A stretch of DNA of 64,000 nucleotides, taken from contig OZ244034.1 in NCBI GenBank assembly GCA_965215185.1, positions 800,001-864,000 on the forward strand, given 5' to 3'. This DNA comes from Acidimicrobiia bacterium (GTDB lineage Bacteria; Actinomycetota; Acidimicrobiia; Spongiisociales; ZC4RG35). A program made the position numbers and the translations under genes. Below are positions 1 through 10,557 of the stretch, one piece after another. The stretch's first letter is position 1. Each line of letters starts with the position of its first letter. The notes under the pieces are model-generated. The model was not told the DNA's origin and ran no database searches. It saw only the letters and a list, made by a program, of their open reading frames with translations.

Positions 1-467
1 TCTTGGAGCAGTCGCCAGGCTGAGGCATCGCCGCCCACCATGATGGAGGGACCATGACGGGCGCCCTCCTCCCCACCCGAGACACCCACTCCCAAGTAGT
101 GAACACCAAAGGGCTGGGTTTCGGCTCCCCGGCGGGCCGTGTCTTGGAAAAAGGAGTTACCGAGATCGGCGATCATGTCTCCTGGTGACAAAAGAGGCAA
201 CAGACGCTCTATGAAAGAATCCACTGGCGCTCCGGCTTTAACCAGCAGCAGGATCTTGCGAGGTCGATCCAGCATGTCCACCAGTTCCGGTAATGTGTCG
301 GCGCCCTGAACCGGCAGTCCCGCGGCGGATTCGGCCAGGAAACTGTGGGTTGTGGAAACGGTGCGGTTGTGAACCGCCACCCGGTAGCCATTGTCGACCA
401 GGTTCAGAACCAGGTTTTGCCCCATCACGGCCAAGCCGATAAGCCCGATATCCATTGTTTTGTTCAT
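1..467 (-). CDS. gndA: NADP-dependent 6-phosphogluconate dehydrogenase, N-terminal part (runs off window start)
   Basis: Manual translation MNKTMDIGLIGLAVMGQNLVLN...HNRT...LLLVKAG...GNS...GVSGGEEGARHGPSIMVGG; not in the ORF track because it is truncated. Confidence 0.95.
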   Translation of the reverse strand, partial: MNKTMDIGLIGLAVMGQNLVLNLVDNGYRVAVHNRTVSTTHSFLAESAAGLPVQGADTLPELVDMLDRPRKILLLVKAGAPVDSFIERLLPLLSPGDMIADLGNSFFQDTARRGAETQPFGVHYLGVGVSGGEEGARHGPSIMVGGDASAWRLLQ

Positions 468-567
468 AGCTACCCAGAGCAAGGGTAATCAGTCCAACCA
501 CCTCAATTGGACACCGAGTCGGAACAGGAGGACGCAGTCGAGTTGTTGAGACGGTATCTTTGCGTTG

Positions 568-2292
568 ATGCGGTGGTCCAAGCTGTTCATACCCACCTTG
601 CGGGAGGATCCTGCCCACGCCGAGGCGGTCAGTCACCGCCTGCTGCTGCGAGGAGGCTTCATACGGCAACTGGCTGCCGGCCATTACTCCATGCTGCCCT
701 TGGGGCAAAGGGTGCGCGCCAAGGTGGAACGCATCATACGCGAGGAGATGGACGCCATCGGGGGCCAGCAGGTTCACCTTCCCGCTCTGCACCCCGCAGA
801 CGTTTGGCGAAGATCCGGCCGCTGGGAGGTGATGGGAGAGGAGATGTTCCGGTTGCAGGACCGAAAAGGTATGGAGCACTGCCTGGGCATGACCCATGAA
901 GAGGTGATTGCCCTCCTGGCAGGTGAGGTGTTCTCCTATCGGGATCTGCCACAGATCTGGTATCAGATCCAGACCAAATTCCGGGACGAGCCGCGTCCCA
1001 AAGCCGGGGTGCTGCGAGTGCGGGAATTCACCATGAAGGACTCTTACTCGCTGGATGTGGATCAAGCAGGTTTGGACATCGCCTTCAGTCTTCACCATCA
1101 GGCCTATGTGGCCATTTTCCGCCGGTGCGGTTTGCAAGCGTTGGATGTGGTGGCCTCCTCGGGGGCGATGGGCGGATCGGAGTCGGTGGAGTTCATGGTG
1201 GCCAGCCCGGCCGGAGAAGATTGGATCGTCACCTGCGACGGCTGTGACCACCGGGCAAACCTGGAGCGGGCCGTATCGGCCATTCCGCCCGTCGACGACG
1301 GTCCTTCCCAGGGGGAGACCGAGCTCTTGTCCACGCCCGGGATTCGTACCATCCGCTCCCTGGCCGAGGCCCACCCGGACCGAGCCAGCCCGAACCGGCA
1401 GATCAAGACTCTGGTCTACATGGTGGATGGACAGCTCACCTTGGTGCTCTTACGGGGAGATCACGAACTCTTGGAGCAGAAACTGGTGGATACCCTCGGA
1501 GTGGCGAATCTGCGTCCCGCGGCTCAGCCCGAGATCCGAGCCGCTCTCGGCGCCGATCCGGGCAGCCTGGGAGCTGTTGGGGTGACGCATCTACCCATCA
1601 TCGCCGATCAAACCCTGGCCGGCCGTCGCAATCTGGTGACTGGCGCCAACCGAGACGACTGGCACCTGACCTCGGTGGATGTGGAGAGGGATATCGCGGT
1701 GGGACAATGGGCCAACCTACGAGGGATAACGGCTGGGGAAGGGTGCTCGGAATGCGGCGGCGTCTTGAACGTGTGGCGAGGAATCGAGGTGGGGCACATC
1801 TTCAAACTGGGGGATCGATATGCGCGGGCGATGGGGGCCATGGTTCAAGATCAGCAGGGAGATATCAATCCCATTGTGATGGGTTCCTATGGAATCGGGG
1901 TGGAGCGGACTTTGGCGTCGGTGGTGGAGTTTTCCCACGACGACCGGGGGATTGTCTGGCCGGTGTCGGTGGCGCCCTATCAGGTGGTTATCACGGTATT
2001 GCGAGCCGACGACCCCGAGACCATGGCGGCGGGAGAGGCGCTCTACACCGAGTTGACCCAACAGGGTTTCGAGGTGCTGTTGGATGATCGCCAGGTGCGG
2101 CCAGGGGTCAAGTTCGCTGACGCCGAGCTCATCGGCATTCCCTATCGGATCACTGTTGGTCCGCGGGGCCTGTCTTCGGGCCTGGTTGAGATGACTACCC
2201 GCCGAGGGTCATCCACCGCGAAAGTCTCACTGGGGGAGGTGACGGAAGGGGTCAGTGCTTTGGTGAGAGAAGATTTGGGGTCATTGCAGTAG
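568..2292 (+). CDS. proS: proline--tRNA ligase (bacterial type with editing insertion domain)
   Basis: MRWSKLFIPTLRE start, THEE, FRDEPRP, REFTMKDSYS, GIEVGHIF, MGSYGIGVER. Confidence 0.97.
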   Translation: MRWSKLFIPTLREDPAHAEAVSHRLLLRGGFIRQLAAGHYSMLPLGQRVRAKVERIIREEMDAIGGQQVHLPALHPADVWRRSGRWEVMGEEMFRLQDRKGMEHCLGMTHEEVIALLAGEVFSYRDLPQIWYQIQTKFRDEPRPKAGVLRVREFTMKDSYSLDVDQAGLDIAFSLHHQAYVAIFRRCGLQALDVVASSGAMGGSESVEFMVASPAGEDWIVTCDGCDHRANLERAVSAIPPVDDGPSQGETELLSTPGIRTIRSLAEAHPDRASPNRQIKTLVYMVDGQLTLVLLRGDHELLEQKLVDTLGVANLRPAAQPEIRAALGADPGSLGAVGVTHLPIIADQTLAGRRNLVTGANRDDWHLTSVDVERDIAVGQWANLRGITAGEGCSECGGVLNVWRGIEVGHIFKLGDRYARAMGAMVQDQQGDINPIVMGSYGIGVERTLASVVEFSHDDRGIVWPVSVAPYQVVITVLRADDPETMAAGEALYTELTQQGFEVLLDDRQVRPGVKFADAELIGIPYRITVGPRGLSSGLVEMTTRRGSSTAKVSLGEVTEGVSALVREDLGSLQ

Positions 2293-2298
2293 GGAATC

Positions 2299-3084
2299 TC
2301 AGCGGAGCCGCGCTGCTCCGGCGTACACCACCATTTTCTCGGCCCGGACGAAACCGGCCAGGGTGATTCCCACCTCCTCAGCCAAGTCCGCGGCCATGGT
2401 AGAGGCGGCAGAGATGCCAGCCACCACCGGAATCCCGGCCACGGCCGCCTTTTGAGTTATCTCGAAGGAGATTCTTCCTGACACCATCAGGATCAACTCT
2501 CCCAACGGCCATCTCCTTTTGGCCATCGCTCCTACCACCTTGTCCACTGCGTTGTGCCTCCCCACATCTTCGGCGATGACCAGGAGTTCTCCTGCGGAGT
2601 TGAACAGGCCCGCGGCGTGAGAACCTCCCGTGGCGTTGAATGATGTCTGACCCTTGCGAAGAAGTTCCGGAAGGGCGGTAATGGTCTCCCTGGTGAGTTC
2701 GGGGCCCGCCGGAAGGGGACCGGAGGTGATCAGCACTGCGTCGATGGAAGCTTTGCCGCACACTCCACAGGACGAAGAGGTGTAGGTATTGCGGCGGAAC
2801 TGCTCGGGATCGATCCGGACTCCTTCGGCCAATTTCAGTTCGTAGCGATCCCCCGTGCCGATAGGGCGAACCGAGGCCACCTCCCCGGGTCCGGCGACTA
2901 TCCCTTCGGTGATCGCAAAGCCCAGCACCAGGTCTTCTTCCTGTCCAGGCGTCCGCATAACCACTGCGATGGGAACGCCCATCAGCCGTATTTCCATGGG
3001 GGATTCTTCCACCAGTCGATCAACCACTCGATGGGTTAGCAGTGGACCGACTTTCAAAACTTGCCGCTCGCTGTGACGAGACAT
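2299..3084 (-). CDS. fdhD: formate dehydrogenase accessory sulfurtransferase FdhD
   Basis: MRTPG, SSCGVCG, TGGSHAA, EDVGRHNAVDK, SGRISFE motifs; start taken at MSRH (3084). Confidence 0.93.
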   Translation of the reverse strand: MSRHSERQVLKVGPLLTHRVVDRLVEESPMEIRLMGVPIAVVMRTPGQEEDLVLGFAITEGIVAGPGEVASVRPIGTGDRYELKLAEGVRIDPEQFRRNTYTSSSCGVCGKASIDAVLITSGPLPAGPELTRETITALPELLRKGQTSFNATGGSHAAGLFNSAGELLVIAEDVGRHNAVDKVVGAMAKRRWPLGELILMVSGRISFEITQKAAVAGIPVVAGISAASTMAADLAEEVGITLAGFVRAEKMVVYAGAARLR

Positions 3085-3151
3085 GACAGGAACAATAGGC
3101 CGGGGCACGGCCGGTTTCTCGATTTGCCCGGTTCGTGCGAGAATTGAACCC

Positions 3152-4234
3152 ATGCGAGTAGACAATTTCGGCGCTGGTCCCTGCACCCTTCCTCTCTCCA
3201 TTCTCGAAGAGGCCCAAGCTGAATTCTTGGACTTCGCGGGATTAGGCATGTCAGTGTTGGAGGTCAGTCACCGGACACCGGAGTATGAGGGAGTTCATGC
3301 CGAAGCGTTGTCGCTGGCCCGGGAGGTTGCTGGCGCGCCGGATGACTTCGAAGTGATGGTGATCGCGGGCGGGGCCACCATGCAATTCGCCCTCATTCCG
3401 CTCAACTTGCTGGTGAATGCACAGACCCGCGGAGCCTACATTAGGTCCGGCTCCTGGGGAAGGCTCGCTCTGGCAGACGCCCAGCGGTGGGGTGACGCCT
3501 ATTGCGCCTGGGACGGAGAACCTCACGGGTACCGCCGTATGCCGACTTCCTCGGAAATCGCCCTTGAGTCGGACACTCGATTCCTGCACGTGACTTCCAA
3601 TGAGACCATCGGTGGGATCAGGATGGTGGGGATGCCCGAACTCGGGGTTCCCCTGGTGTGTGACATGTCTTCGGATTTCTTGAGCCGCCCCATCAAGTGG
3701 GAGCTTTGTGACCTTGTGTATGGAGGGGTGCAGAAGAATCTCGCTCCAGCAGGCATGGGACTGGTCTTTATCCGCCGCTCGGTGCTGGAGGATGTCCCTT
3801 CCAACCTGCCCCGCTTTCTTGACTACCGCTGGTACGCAGACAAGGATTCGATGGGCAACACTCCTCCGGTCTTTCCCATTTACATGATGGGAAAGATGCT
3901 CAAACTGCTGCGCGACATGGGCGGTGTGGCCGGTTTGGAGCAGCGCACCGCGGAAAAAGCTCGGTTGATCTACGATGTCATCGATCAAAGCGATGGTTAC
4001 TACATCAGTCCGGTGCAGCGCCGATATCGTTCTCACACCAATGTCGTGTTTCTGCTTCCCACCGCCGAAGCAGAGTCTCAGTTCATCCAAGAAGCGACCG
4101 CTGCTGGCTTGATTGGTCTGAGGGGACATCTGTCGGTGGGAGGTTGTCGGGCCAGTCTCTACGCCGGTTTGGAGTTGGAGAGCGTTGCCAGGCTCGCCTC
4201 GTTCATGGATGACTTCCAAGAGACCAACGCCTGA
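3152..4234 (+). CDS. serC: phosphoserine aminotransferase
   Basis: NFGAGP, SHR, NETIGG, DMSS, QKN (PLP lysine), NTPP, GHLSVGGCRASLY. Confidence 0.95.
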   Translation: MRVDNFGAGPCTLPLSILEEAQAEFLDFAGLGMSVLEVSHRTPEYEGVHAEALSLAREVAGAPDDFEVMVIAGGATMQFALIPLNLLVNAQTRGAYIRSGSWGRLALADAQRWGDAYCAWDGEPHGYRRMPTSSEIALESDTRFLHVTSNETIGGIRMVGMPELGVPLVCDMSSDFLSRPIKWELCDLVYGGVQKNLAPAGMGLVFIRRSVLEDVPSNLPRFLDYRWYADKDSMGNTPPVFPIYMMGKMLKLLRDMGGVAGLEQRTAEKARLIYDVIDQSDGYYISPVQRRYRSHTNVVFLLPTAEAESQFIQEATAAGLIGLRGHLSVGGCRASLYAGLELESVARLASFMDDFQETNA

Positions 4235-4310
4235 TTCCCCCAGCAACATAGGAAAAGTCTTCCAACCGGGAGGAGGGTTAGACTAAGCCCACAAAGAGAA
4301 ACGCGTTCGT

Positions 4311-4826
4311 ATGAACAAAACCAACACAATGTCCAAACTGACCATGACCGAAAGGTTGTCGGGTCTAATCAGTGCATATCTGGAGGCCGAGGGTTTGGAA
4401 TTGGACGATCTGCAGATGGTGGGGCACGGAGGGGCGAGAGTTTTGAGGGTGGTGGTTGACGCGGATGGAGGGGTTGTGCTTGATCGCCTGGCGGAGACCT
4501 CCCGACGGCTGGGGAGGCTGTTGGATGCCGATGACGAACTGCAGGGTTCTTACCGTTTGGAAGTGACTTCCCCGGGATTGGAGCGCCGCCTAAGGACTCC
4601 CCGGCATTTTGAGAAATCGGTTGACCGTGAAGTGATTCTGAAGATCCGAGGTGAAGATGGCGCCAAGACTCTTCGGGGTCGGTTGTCCTCGGCGAATGAT
4701 GAAGGATGCGAGCTTTTGACGGAGGGGGATCTGCACTGGTATACCTACCGCCAGATTCTTTCTGCCCGTACCGTTTACCGCTGGCAGAAGGCCCCTAAAC
4801 CCGGAAAGAACAAGGTGAGTTCGTGA
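4311..4826 (+). CDS. rimP: ribosome maturation factor RimP
   Basis: YRLEVTSPGLERRL motif; directly upstream of nusA. Confidence 0.93.
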   Translation: MNKTNTMSKLTMTERLSGLISAYLEAEGLELDDLQMVGHGGARVLRVVVDADGGVVLDRLAETSRRLGRLLDADDELQGSYRLEVTSPGLERRLRTPRHFEKSVDREVILKIRGEDGAKTLRGRLSSANDEGCELLTEGDLHWYTYRQILSARTVYRWQKAPKPGKNKVSS

Positions 4827-5926
4827 AGATCGACTATCAGGTGATGGAGGCCTTGGAGCTTCTGGAGAGAGAGCGTGGGGTACCGGTAGAAACGATCCTG
4901 GACGCGTTGGCCAATGCATTGGTCTCTGCCTACAAACGCACCTCGGGCAAGGCCGAAGAGGCGCGGGTCACCATTGATCCCGATTCTGGAGACATTCGGG
5001 TTTTCGGCCAGATACTCGACGAGGAGGGGGCCGTGATCAGAGAATGGGAGGACGGGTCACAGGACTTTGGACGCATTGCCGCCCAGACCGCTAAGCAGGT
5101 GATCGCCCAACGGCTGCGCCTCGCCAAACGGGAGCAGATCTTTAACGCCTATGCCGGCCGGGAAGGCGATCTGGTTACCGGGATCGTGCAGCAGGTCGAC
5201 GGCCGATACATCATCTTTGATTTGGGCAATGCCGAAGCTCTGATGCCGGCTTCCGAGCGGATACCTCATCAGCTACTGGATAGGGGTAACCGGGCAAAAG
5301 CTCTGATACTGGAGGTCAAGAACGAACTCAAAGGGCCGCAGATCATTCTCAGCCGCTCGCATCCTGATTTGGTGCGTCGGCTGTTGGAATTGGAAGTGCC
5401 GGAACTGGTGGAGGGAGTGGTGGAGATCGTGGCTATTGCCCGGGAACCGGGACATCGCACCAAGATCGCAGTTGTTTCCCACGACCCCAATGTCGATCCG
5501 CGCGGCGCCTGTGTGGGTGCCCGGGGTTCCCGTGTGCAGCAAGTTGTCAAGGAACTGCGCAACGAAAAGGTTGATGTAGTCCAATACCAGGAAGATGTGG
5601 CGGCTTTCATCTCCGATGCCTTGGGGCCGGCCCGTATTCGCGAGGTGAGGATCAACGAAGAGGAGAAGAGCGCGGAGGTGATTGTCTCTGAACACCAGCT
5701 GTCTCTGGCCATCGGAAAAGAAGGACAAAACGCCCGTCTGGCCGCCCGACTGACCGGATATCGGATCGACATCCGGTCCGACGAACCACCTCTCTCTCCG
5801 GGTGCGGACAGGGCTGCACGACCGCCCGGATCCCGAATGGCCTCCGGCGCCCGTCCTAGGACTGGTCCAGGGCTTGCCGCACGACCGTCGCCCTACACCA
5901 CTGGTACCCGACCAAGCACCTCCTAA
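4823..5926 (+). CDS. nusA: transcription termination factor NusA
   Basis: FGRIAAQTAKQVI, AREPGHRTKIAV, GACVG, LSLAIGKEGQNARLAARLTG. Confidence 0.97.
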   Translation: MKIDYQVMEALELLERERGVPVETILDALANALVSAYKRTSGKAEEARVTIDPDSGDIRVFGQILDEEGAVIREWEDGSQDFGRIAAQTAKQVIAQRLRLAKREQIFNAYAGREGDLVTGIVQQVDGRYIIFDLGNAEALMPASERIPHQLLDRGNRAKALILEVKNELKGPQIILSRSHPDLVRRLLELEVPELVEGVVEIVAIAREPGHRTKIAVVSHDPNVDPRGACVGARGSRVQQVVKELRNEKVDVVQYQEDVAAFISDALGPARIREVRINEEEKSAEVIVSEHQLSLAIGKEGQNARLAARLTGYRIDIRSDEPPLSPGADRAARPPGSRMASGARPRTGPGLAARPSPYTTGTRPSTS

Positions 5927-5949
5927 ACGGGGATCGTCTTTGGTGCAAT

Positions 5950-8010
5950 ATGTCTAGGGTCAGGATATATCAAATCGCCCGTGATCTGGGCCTCACCACC
6001 CAGGAAGTGACGCAGCAGGCAGCGGCTCTCGGCTTGGATGTGAGAGCCGCTTCTTCCACTATCTCAGCTCAGGAAGCGGAGTTGGTGCGCTTTGCGCTGG
6101 TCGGCGAGCAGAAGGAGGAAGCTGCGGAGAAGAAACCCGACCCCGCCCCTGCCAAGCCGCCGCAACCGCCCAAGCCCAAGCTGCCGCCCAGGGAAAAGCC
6201 GGCAGCTGTTATCGAAGAGGAACCGGAACCTCCACCGCCTGAGGAAGACAAAGTGGTGGAAGTCCCCGGTACGGCCTTGGTTCTCGACTTTGCGGAAGCC
6301 ATCGGTGTCCCGGTTACCCAGGTGGTGGCCAAACTGATAGGTCTGGGCACGATGGTGGGGGCTGCCCACCAGATGCCCCGGGCACTCATGAAGCAAGTGG
6401 GTGAAGATTTGGGAGTGACAGTCGAGGTGATCGATGTCGAGCCGGAACGCAAACCAGTGGTGCGACTCCGAGACATTCCCGAAGACAATCCGAAGGATCT
6501 GCTGGAGCGACCACCCATCGTCACGGTCATGGGTCATGTCGATCACGGAAAAACGACGCTCTTGGATGCCCTGCGTCGCACAGACGTCGTGTCGGGAGAG
6601 GCTGGGGGAATCACCCAGCACATCGGCGCCTATCAGGCCACGGTGGGCGGCAACCCCATCACCTTTATCGATACTCCTGGACACGAAGCCTTCACCACTC
6701 TCCGGGCCCGGGGAGCGGAGTTGACCGACCTGGTGGTTTTGGTGATCGCGGCCGACGACGGGGTCATGCCCCAGACCGTCGAAGCGATCAGCCATGCCCG
6801 GGCGGCAGGAGTGGACATGTTGGTGGCTATTAACAAGATCGACCGGCCCGGGGCCAATCCCCTTTCGGTTCGGGCAAAGCTCACCGAGCAGAATGTCATC
6901 ACCGAGGAACTGGGTGGAGATATCCCCAGTGTGGAAATATCGGCTACCCGCGGGGACGGCCTGGACGTTCTCTTGGAGACGATCGACCTGATGGCGCAGA
7001 TCAAGGAGTTGAAGGCTTCTTCCAAGCCGCCTGCCTCCGGCGTGGTTGTGGATTCGCGATTGGACACGGGTAGGGGACCGGTGGCTACGGTCATCGTCCA
7101 ACGCGGCACCCTGCGGCGGGGAAACGCTCTAGTGGCCGGGGCAGTGTCGGGACGGGTGCGGGCCATGTTCAATCACTCAGGAGAAGAGGTGAAATCCGCC
7201 GGCCCTTCGATGCCGGTGTTGGTGATGGGTTGGAACGACGTTCCCGTGGCGGGGGAGGGGTTCGAGGTGATCAAAACTGAGCGCATGGCCCGGCAGATCG
7301 CCTCCGACGAGGCCGATCGCGAGAGGGAGCACAAAATACGTGTGGAGATGCCCACCGCCCGGGATAGGTTTGTCCACCACCTTGAGCAGATGCAATCCGA
7401 CGACGGGGAACTGCGTCTAATTGTCAAGGCCGATCAACACGGCTCAGTGGAGACTCTACGCGAGGCGATTGGAAAGATAAAGCGGGAAAAGGGCAGGATC
7501 GACATCGTCCATTCCGCGGTGGGTGGGGTCAACCTCACCGATGTGAATCTGAGTGACGTAACAGGAGCGGTGATCGTTGGTTTCAACGTACGCTCGGAGA
7601 GCAAAGCGACACGCGAGGCACACCAGCGAGGGATCGAAATCCGTTCATATTCGGTTATCTACGAACTGTTGGACGACGTCGAACAGATGTTGGTAGGCAA
7701 ACTGGCGCCCGAGCGTCACGAGGACAAACTGGGAACAGCCGAGGTGCGCGCGCTCTTCCGGGTCCCAAGAGCCATGGCTGCGGGGTGTCTCGTCACCGAG
7801 GGACGGGTTTTGAAAGGTGCCTCTATCCGCCTGTACCGCGACGACGTGGTGATCTACACCGGGTCTGTGGCCTCTTTGCGGCGATTCAAGCAGGATGTGG
7901 AAGAAGTCCCGTTCGGTATGGAGTGTGGAATTGTCTTAGAGCAGTTCAACGATGTGAAGGAAGGGGACGTATTCGAGGCATACGCGGTTAGGGAGGTCCT
8001 GCGCACTTGA
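5950..8010 (+). CDS. infB: translation initiation factor IF-2
   Basis: RPPIVTVMGHVDHGKTTLLD, GITQHIGAY, DTPGHEAF, NKID, SLRRFKQDV. Confidence 0.98.
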   Translation: MSRVRIYQIARDLGLTTQEVTQQAAALGLDVRAASSTISAQEAELVRFALVGEQKEEAAEKKPDPAPAKPPQPPKPKLPPREKPAAVIEEEPEPPPPEEDKVVEVPGTALVLDFAEAIGVPVTQVVAKLIGLGTMVGAAHQMPRALMKQVGEDLGVTVEVIDVEPERKPVVRLRDIPEDNPKDLLERPPIVTVMGHVDHGKTTLLDALRRTDVVSGEAGGITQHIGAYQATVGGNPITFIDTPGHEAFTTLRARGAELTDLVVLVIAADDGVMPQTVEAISHARAAGVDMLVAINKIDRPGANPLSVRAKLTEQNVITEELGGDIPSVEISATRGDGLDVLLETIDLMAQIKELKASSKPPASGVVVDSRLDTGRGPVATVIVQRGTLRRGNALVAGAVSGRVRAMFNHSGEEVKSAGPSMPVLVMGWNDVPVAGEGFEVIKTERMARQIASDEADREREHKIRVEMPTARDRFVHHLEQMQSDDGELRLIVKADQHGSVETLREAIGKIKREKGRIDIVHSAVGGVNLTDVNLSDVTGAVIVGFNVRSESKATREAHQRGIEIRSYSVIYELLDDVEQMLVGKLAPERHEDKLGTAEVRALFRVPRAMAAGCLVTEGRVLKGASIRLYRDDVVIYTGSVASLRRFKQDVEEVPFGMECGIVLEQFNDVKEGDVFEAYAVREVLRT

Positions 8011-8315
8011 TGGAAGCGGCGGCGATGCGTTTTGAACTATCGCTTCCAGCCACCGGGTCCCTCAAGGAGAAACGATCGACTCTCCGGCCCTTGGTGGAAG
8101 GTTTGCGCAGGATGGCCTCCTATTCGGTGGCGGAAGTGGCGCATCATGATCTATGGCGCAGGGCGGCATTGGGGGTGGCGCTGGTTGCCACCAACCGTCG
8201 GGAGTTGGAAAAGATGATGCAGCGGGTGGAGCACTTTCTTGATCGCCACCACCAGGTGGATGTGATCGAGGTTATGATTTCCTACCTTGACCATCCCGAA
8301 CCCGAGGTCAAATGA
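8010..8315 (+). CDS. DUF503 (YlxP-like) protein
   Basis: SLKEKRS...SVAEVAHHDLWRRAALGVA; conserved position between infB and rbfA. Confidence 0.88.
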   Translation: MEAAAMRFELSLPATGSLKEKRSTLRPLVEGLRRMASYSVAEVAHHDLWRRAALGVALVATNRRELEKMMQRVEHFLDRHHQVDVIEVMISYLDHPEPEVK

Positions 8316-8318
8316 GCG

Positions 8319-8684
8319 ATGAAAAGCGGCCGATTTCCCCGCATGCGGCGGGTCAACTCGATCATCTGGGAGGTGTTGGCCGATGAGGTGCACGGTCTTG
8401 CGGATCCCCGCTTGTCCGGAGTGACGATCACCGGCGTTGACACTTCACCTGATCTGCGCAGGGCGGTGGTGTTCTATTCGATGGCCGACATAAGCAGACT
8501 GGAAGAGGCCGGGGAGGGTCTGAGTTCGGCGGCCGGTCGGTTGCAGGGTCTCCTGGCTTCCCAGGTCCGACTCAAATACACGCCCCGATTGGACTTTCAG
8601 CCCGATCACGGAGTAATCGGTGGGTTGAAGATTGAACGCCTGCTGCGACACGTGTCGCAGTCCGAGCGAAGAGGAGAGGCATGA
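8319..8684 (+). CDS. rbfA: ribosome-binding factor A
   Basis: DPRL..VTITGVDTSPDLRRA, LKYTPRLDFQPD. Confidence 0.95.
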   Translation: MKSGRFPRMRRVNSIIWEVLADEVHGLADPRLSGVTITGVDTSPDLRRAVVFYSMADISRLEEAGEGLSSAAGRLQGLLASQVRLKYTPRLDFQPDHGVIGGLKIERLLRHVSQSERRGEA

Positions 8685-9661
8685 GCAGAACCCAGCAACT
8701 GAGGGAGTCGACACGACAGGCAGCGGAGGTGATAGCCTCATCCCAGACCTTGGGGGCGGTTTGCCATGAACGGCCGGATGGGGACGCGCTGGGATCCATG
8801 CTGGGCTTTGCCGCCTCCGCCCGTCTGGCCGGCCGATCGGTGCGGTTGGCCATCCCTCCTCCCGACAACATCCCCGCCCGCTACCGGTTCCTACCCATCG
8901 ATCTGCTCTCTTCACCTATTGAGCCTTCCGACCCCCCTCAGACGCTGGTGGCGTTCGATTGCGGGGCGGTGGACCGGCTGGGAGAACTGGTCAAGATCGC
9001 GAAGAAGGTGGAGAACCTGGTGGTGGTCGACCACCACGTCTCCAACCCTGGCTTTGGAACTCTCAATTTGATTGATCCACAGGCCTCGGCCACCGTGGAG
9101 TTGGTTTATGATCTGATCTTGGAGTTGGGGTGGCCGGTGGATGAGACAGTGGCCACCTGTTTACTCACCGGACTGGTCACCGACACCGGACGTTTTCAGT
9201 ATTCCAATACCACTCCCCACACTCATCGCCTCGCCGCCCGGCTGTTGGAGGCGGGTGCCCGCCCGGAGGTGATTGGACAGGCGGTTTACGAGGAGGAGCC
9301 GTTTGGACTGTTGGCAGTGGCGGGGGCGGTGCTCAGTCGAGCCCGGCTGGACAGGCGTCGGGGAGTGGTTTGGTCGGTTCTCCATGCCGAAGACCTGGAG
9401 GCGGCATCGCTCAACGGTGAGGACACCGAGTTGCTCATCGATCTGGTGCGCCTGCCCCGCGAAGCGGGAGTGGCGATGCTGATCAGAGAGGCGGAAGTAG
9501 GTCATGTGCGAGTGAGTCTTCGTTCCCGGGGAACAGTGGATGTGGGCGCCATCGCCGCCGCTCTGGGAGGCGGCGGGCATCACAATGCCAGCGGCGTTCG
9601 TTTCCATGGTTCTGCATCGCAGGCGGCAGCGGCGGTCTTGGAGAGAATCCCTCTTGCCTGA
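8681..9661 (+). CDS. nrnA: DHH/DHHA1 bifunctional oligoribonuclease/pAp phosphatase
   Basis: HERPDGDALGS, VVVDHH, TDTGRF, SLRS, GGGGHHNASG. Confidence 0.9.
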   Translation: MSRTQQLRESTRQAAEVIASSQTLGAVCHERPDGDALGSMLGFAASARLAGRSVRLAIPPPDNIPARYRFLPIDLLSSPIEPSDPPQTLVAFDCGAVDRLGELVKIAKKVENLVVVDHHVSNPGFGTLNLIDPQASATVELVYDLILELGWPVDETVATCLLTGLVTDTGRFQYSNTTPHTHRLAARLLEAGARPEVIGQAVYEEEPFGLLAVAGAVLSRARLDRRRGVVWSVLHAEDLEAASLNGEDTELLIDLVRLPREAGVAMLIREAEVGHVRVSLRSRGTVDVGAIAAALGGGGHHNASGVRFHGSASQAAAAVLERIPLA

Positions 9662-10538
9662 GGGCTTTTTGGTGATCGATAAGCCTTCGGGCGTCACATC
9701 TCATGACATGGTGGCGGCGGTACGTAAAGCCGTGGGGATCCGCAAGGTGGGTCACGCCGGAACACTTGATCCGATGGCTACCGGCGCTCTGGTAGTGGCC
9801 GTGGGGAGAGTAACCAGGCTGATTCGGTTTCTACAACCCCTACCAAAGGAGTACCTGGCGGTGGCCCGTTTCGGGATGGCCACCGATACGCTCGATGCTG
9901 ACGGCCAGGAGATATCGCGAGCGCCAATGCCGGTCTCGCGAAAGGATGTGGAATCGGTACTCGGTTCTCTTACCGGAGAGATCGATCAGGTTCCCCCCAT
10001 GGTCTCCGCGATCAAAGTCGGGGGTCGGCGTCTTTACGAACTGGCCCGAGAGGGACAGGAAGTGGAGAGGATGGCTCGTCGGGTAACCGTTCATTCGCTT
10101 GAGATCACCAGCTTCGAGGAAGGCCCCTATCCGCTGGTCGGGTTGCGGGCGGTGTGCGGCAAAGGCGTTTATGTCCGGACGCTGGCAGACGACCTCGCCG
10201 GGGCGCTGGGTGGGAGAGCGCATCTGGTGGCACTGCGCCGAGTTCGGGTGGGTAGCCACTCGGTGGGGGAACATCCTGCCGGTGGACTGGGTCCTGATGA
10301 ACTGGGAGAATGGGAAAAGTGGATGCTCTCGCCTTCGGAGGGGCTGGCCGACCTGCCGCGGTGGGTGGCTGATGCTCCAGCGCTGGAGATGGTGAGAAAC
10401 GGAAGACGCCTCTCCGCTAGTGTGGCTCCCAGTATTGCGGAGGAGCAGCCCGCCCGGGTGGTTGACGACTGCGGGCGGCTTTGGGCGGTATACCGTCGCA
10501 GCGGGTCTCAATTAACCCCCGAGGTGGTGCTCAACTAA
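9654..10538 (+). CDS. truB: tRNA pseudouridine(55) synthase
   Basis: DKPSGVTSHD, GHAGTLDPMATG, QVPPMVSAIKVGGRRLYELAR; TTG start overlapping the nrnA stop. Confidence 0.95.
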   Translation: MPEGFLVIDKPSGVTSHDMVAAVRKAVGIRKVGHAGTLDPMATGALVVAVGRVTRLIRFLQPLPKEYLAVARFGMATDTLDADGQEISRAPMPVSRKDVESVLGSLTGEIDQVPPMVSAIKVGGRRLYELAREGQEVERMARRVTVHSLEITSFEEGPYPLVGLRAVCGKGVYVRTLADDLAGALGGRAHLVALRRVRVGSHSVGEHPAGGLGPDELGEWEKWMLSPSEGLADLPRWVADAPALEMVRNGRRLSASVAPSIAEEQPARVVDDCGRLWAVYRRSGSQLTPEVVLN

Positions 10539-10557
10539 ACGGGGTGGCGACCAGAAC

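Noticed and set aside
238-1374. Long antisense ORFs (here and opposite serC, infB, uvrB, ispH/der)
   Set aside because: Shadow frames expected in high-GC coding DNA; no recognisable motifs
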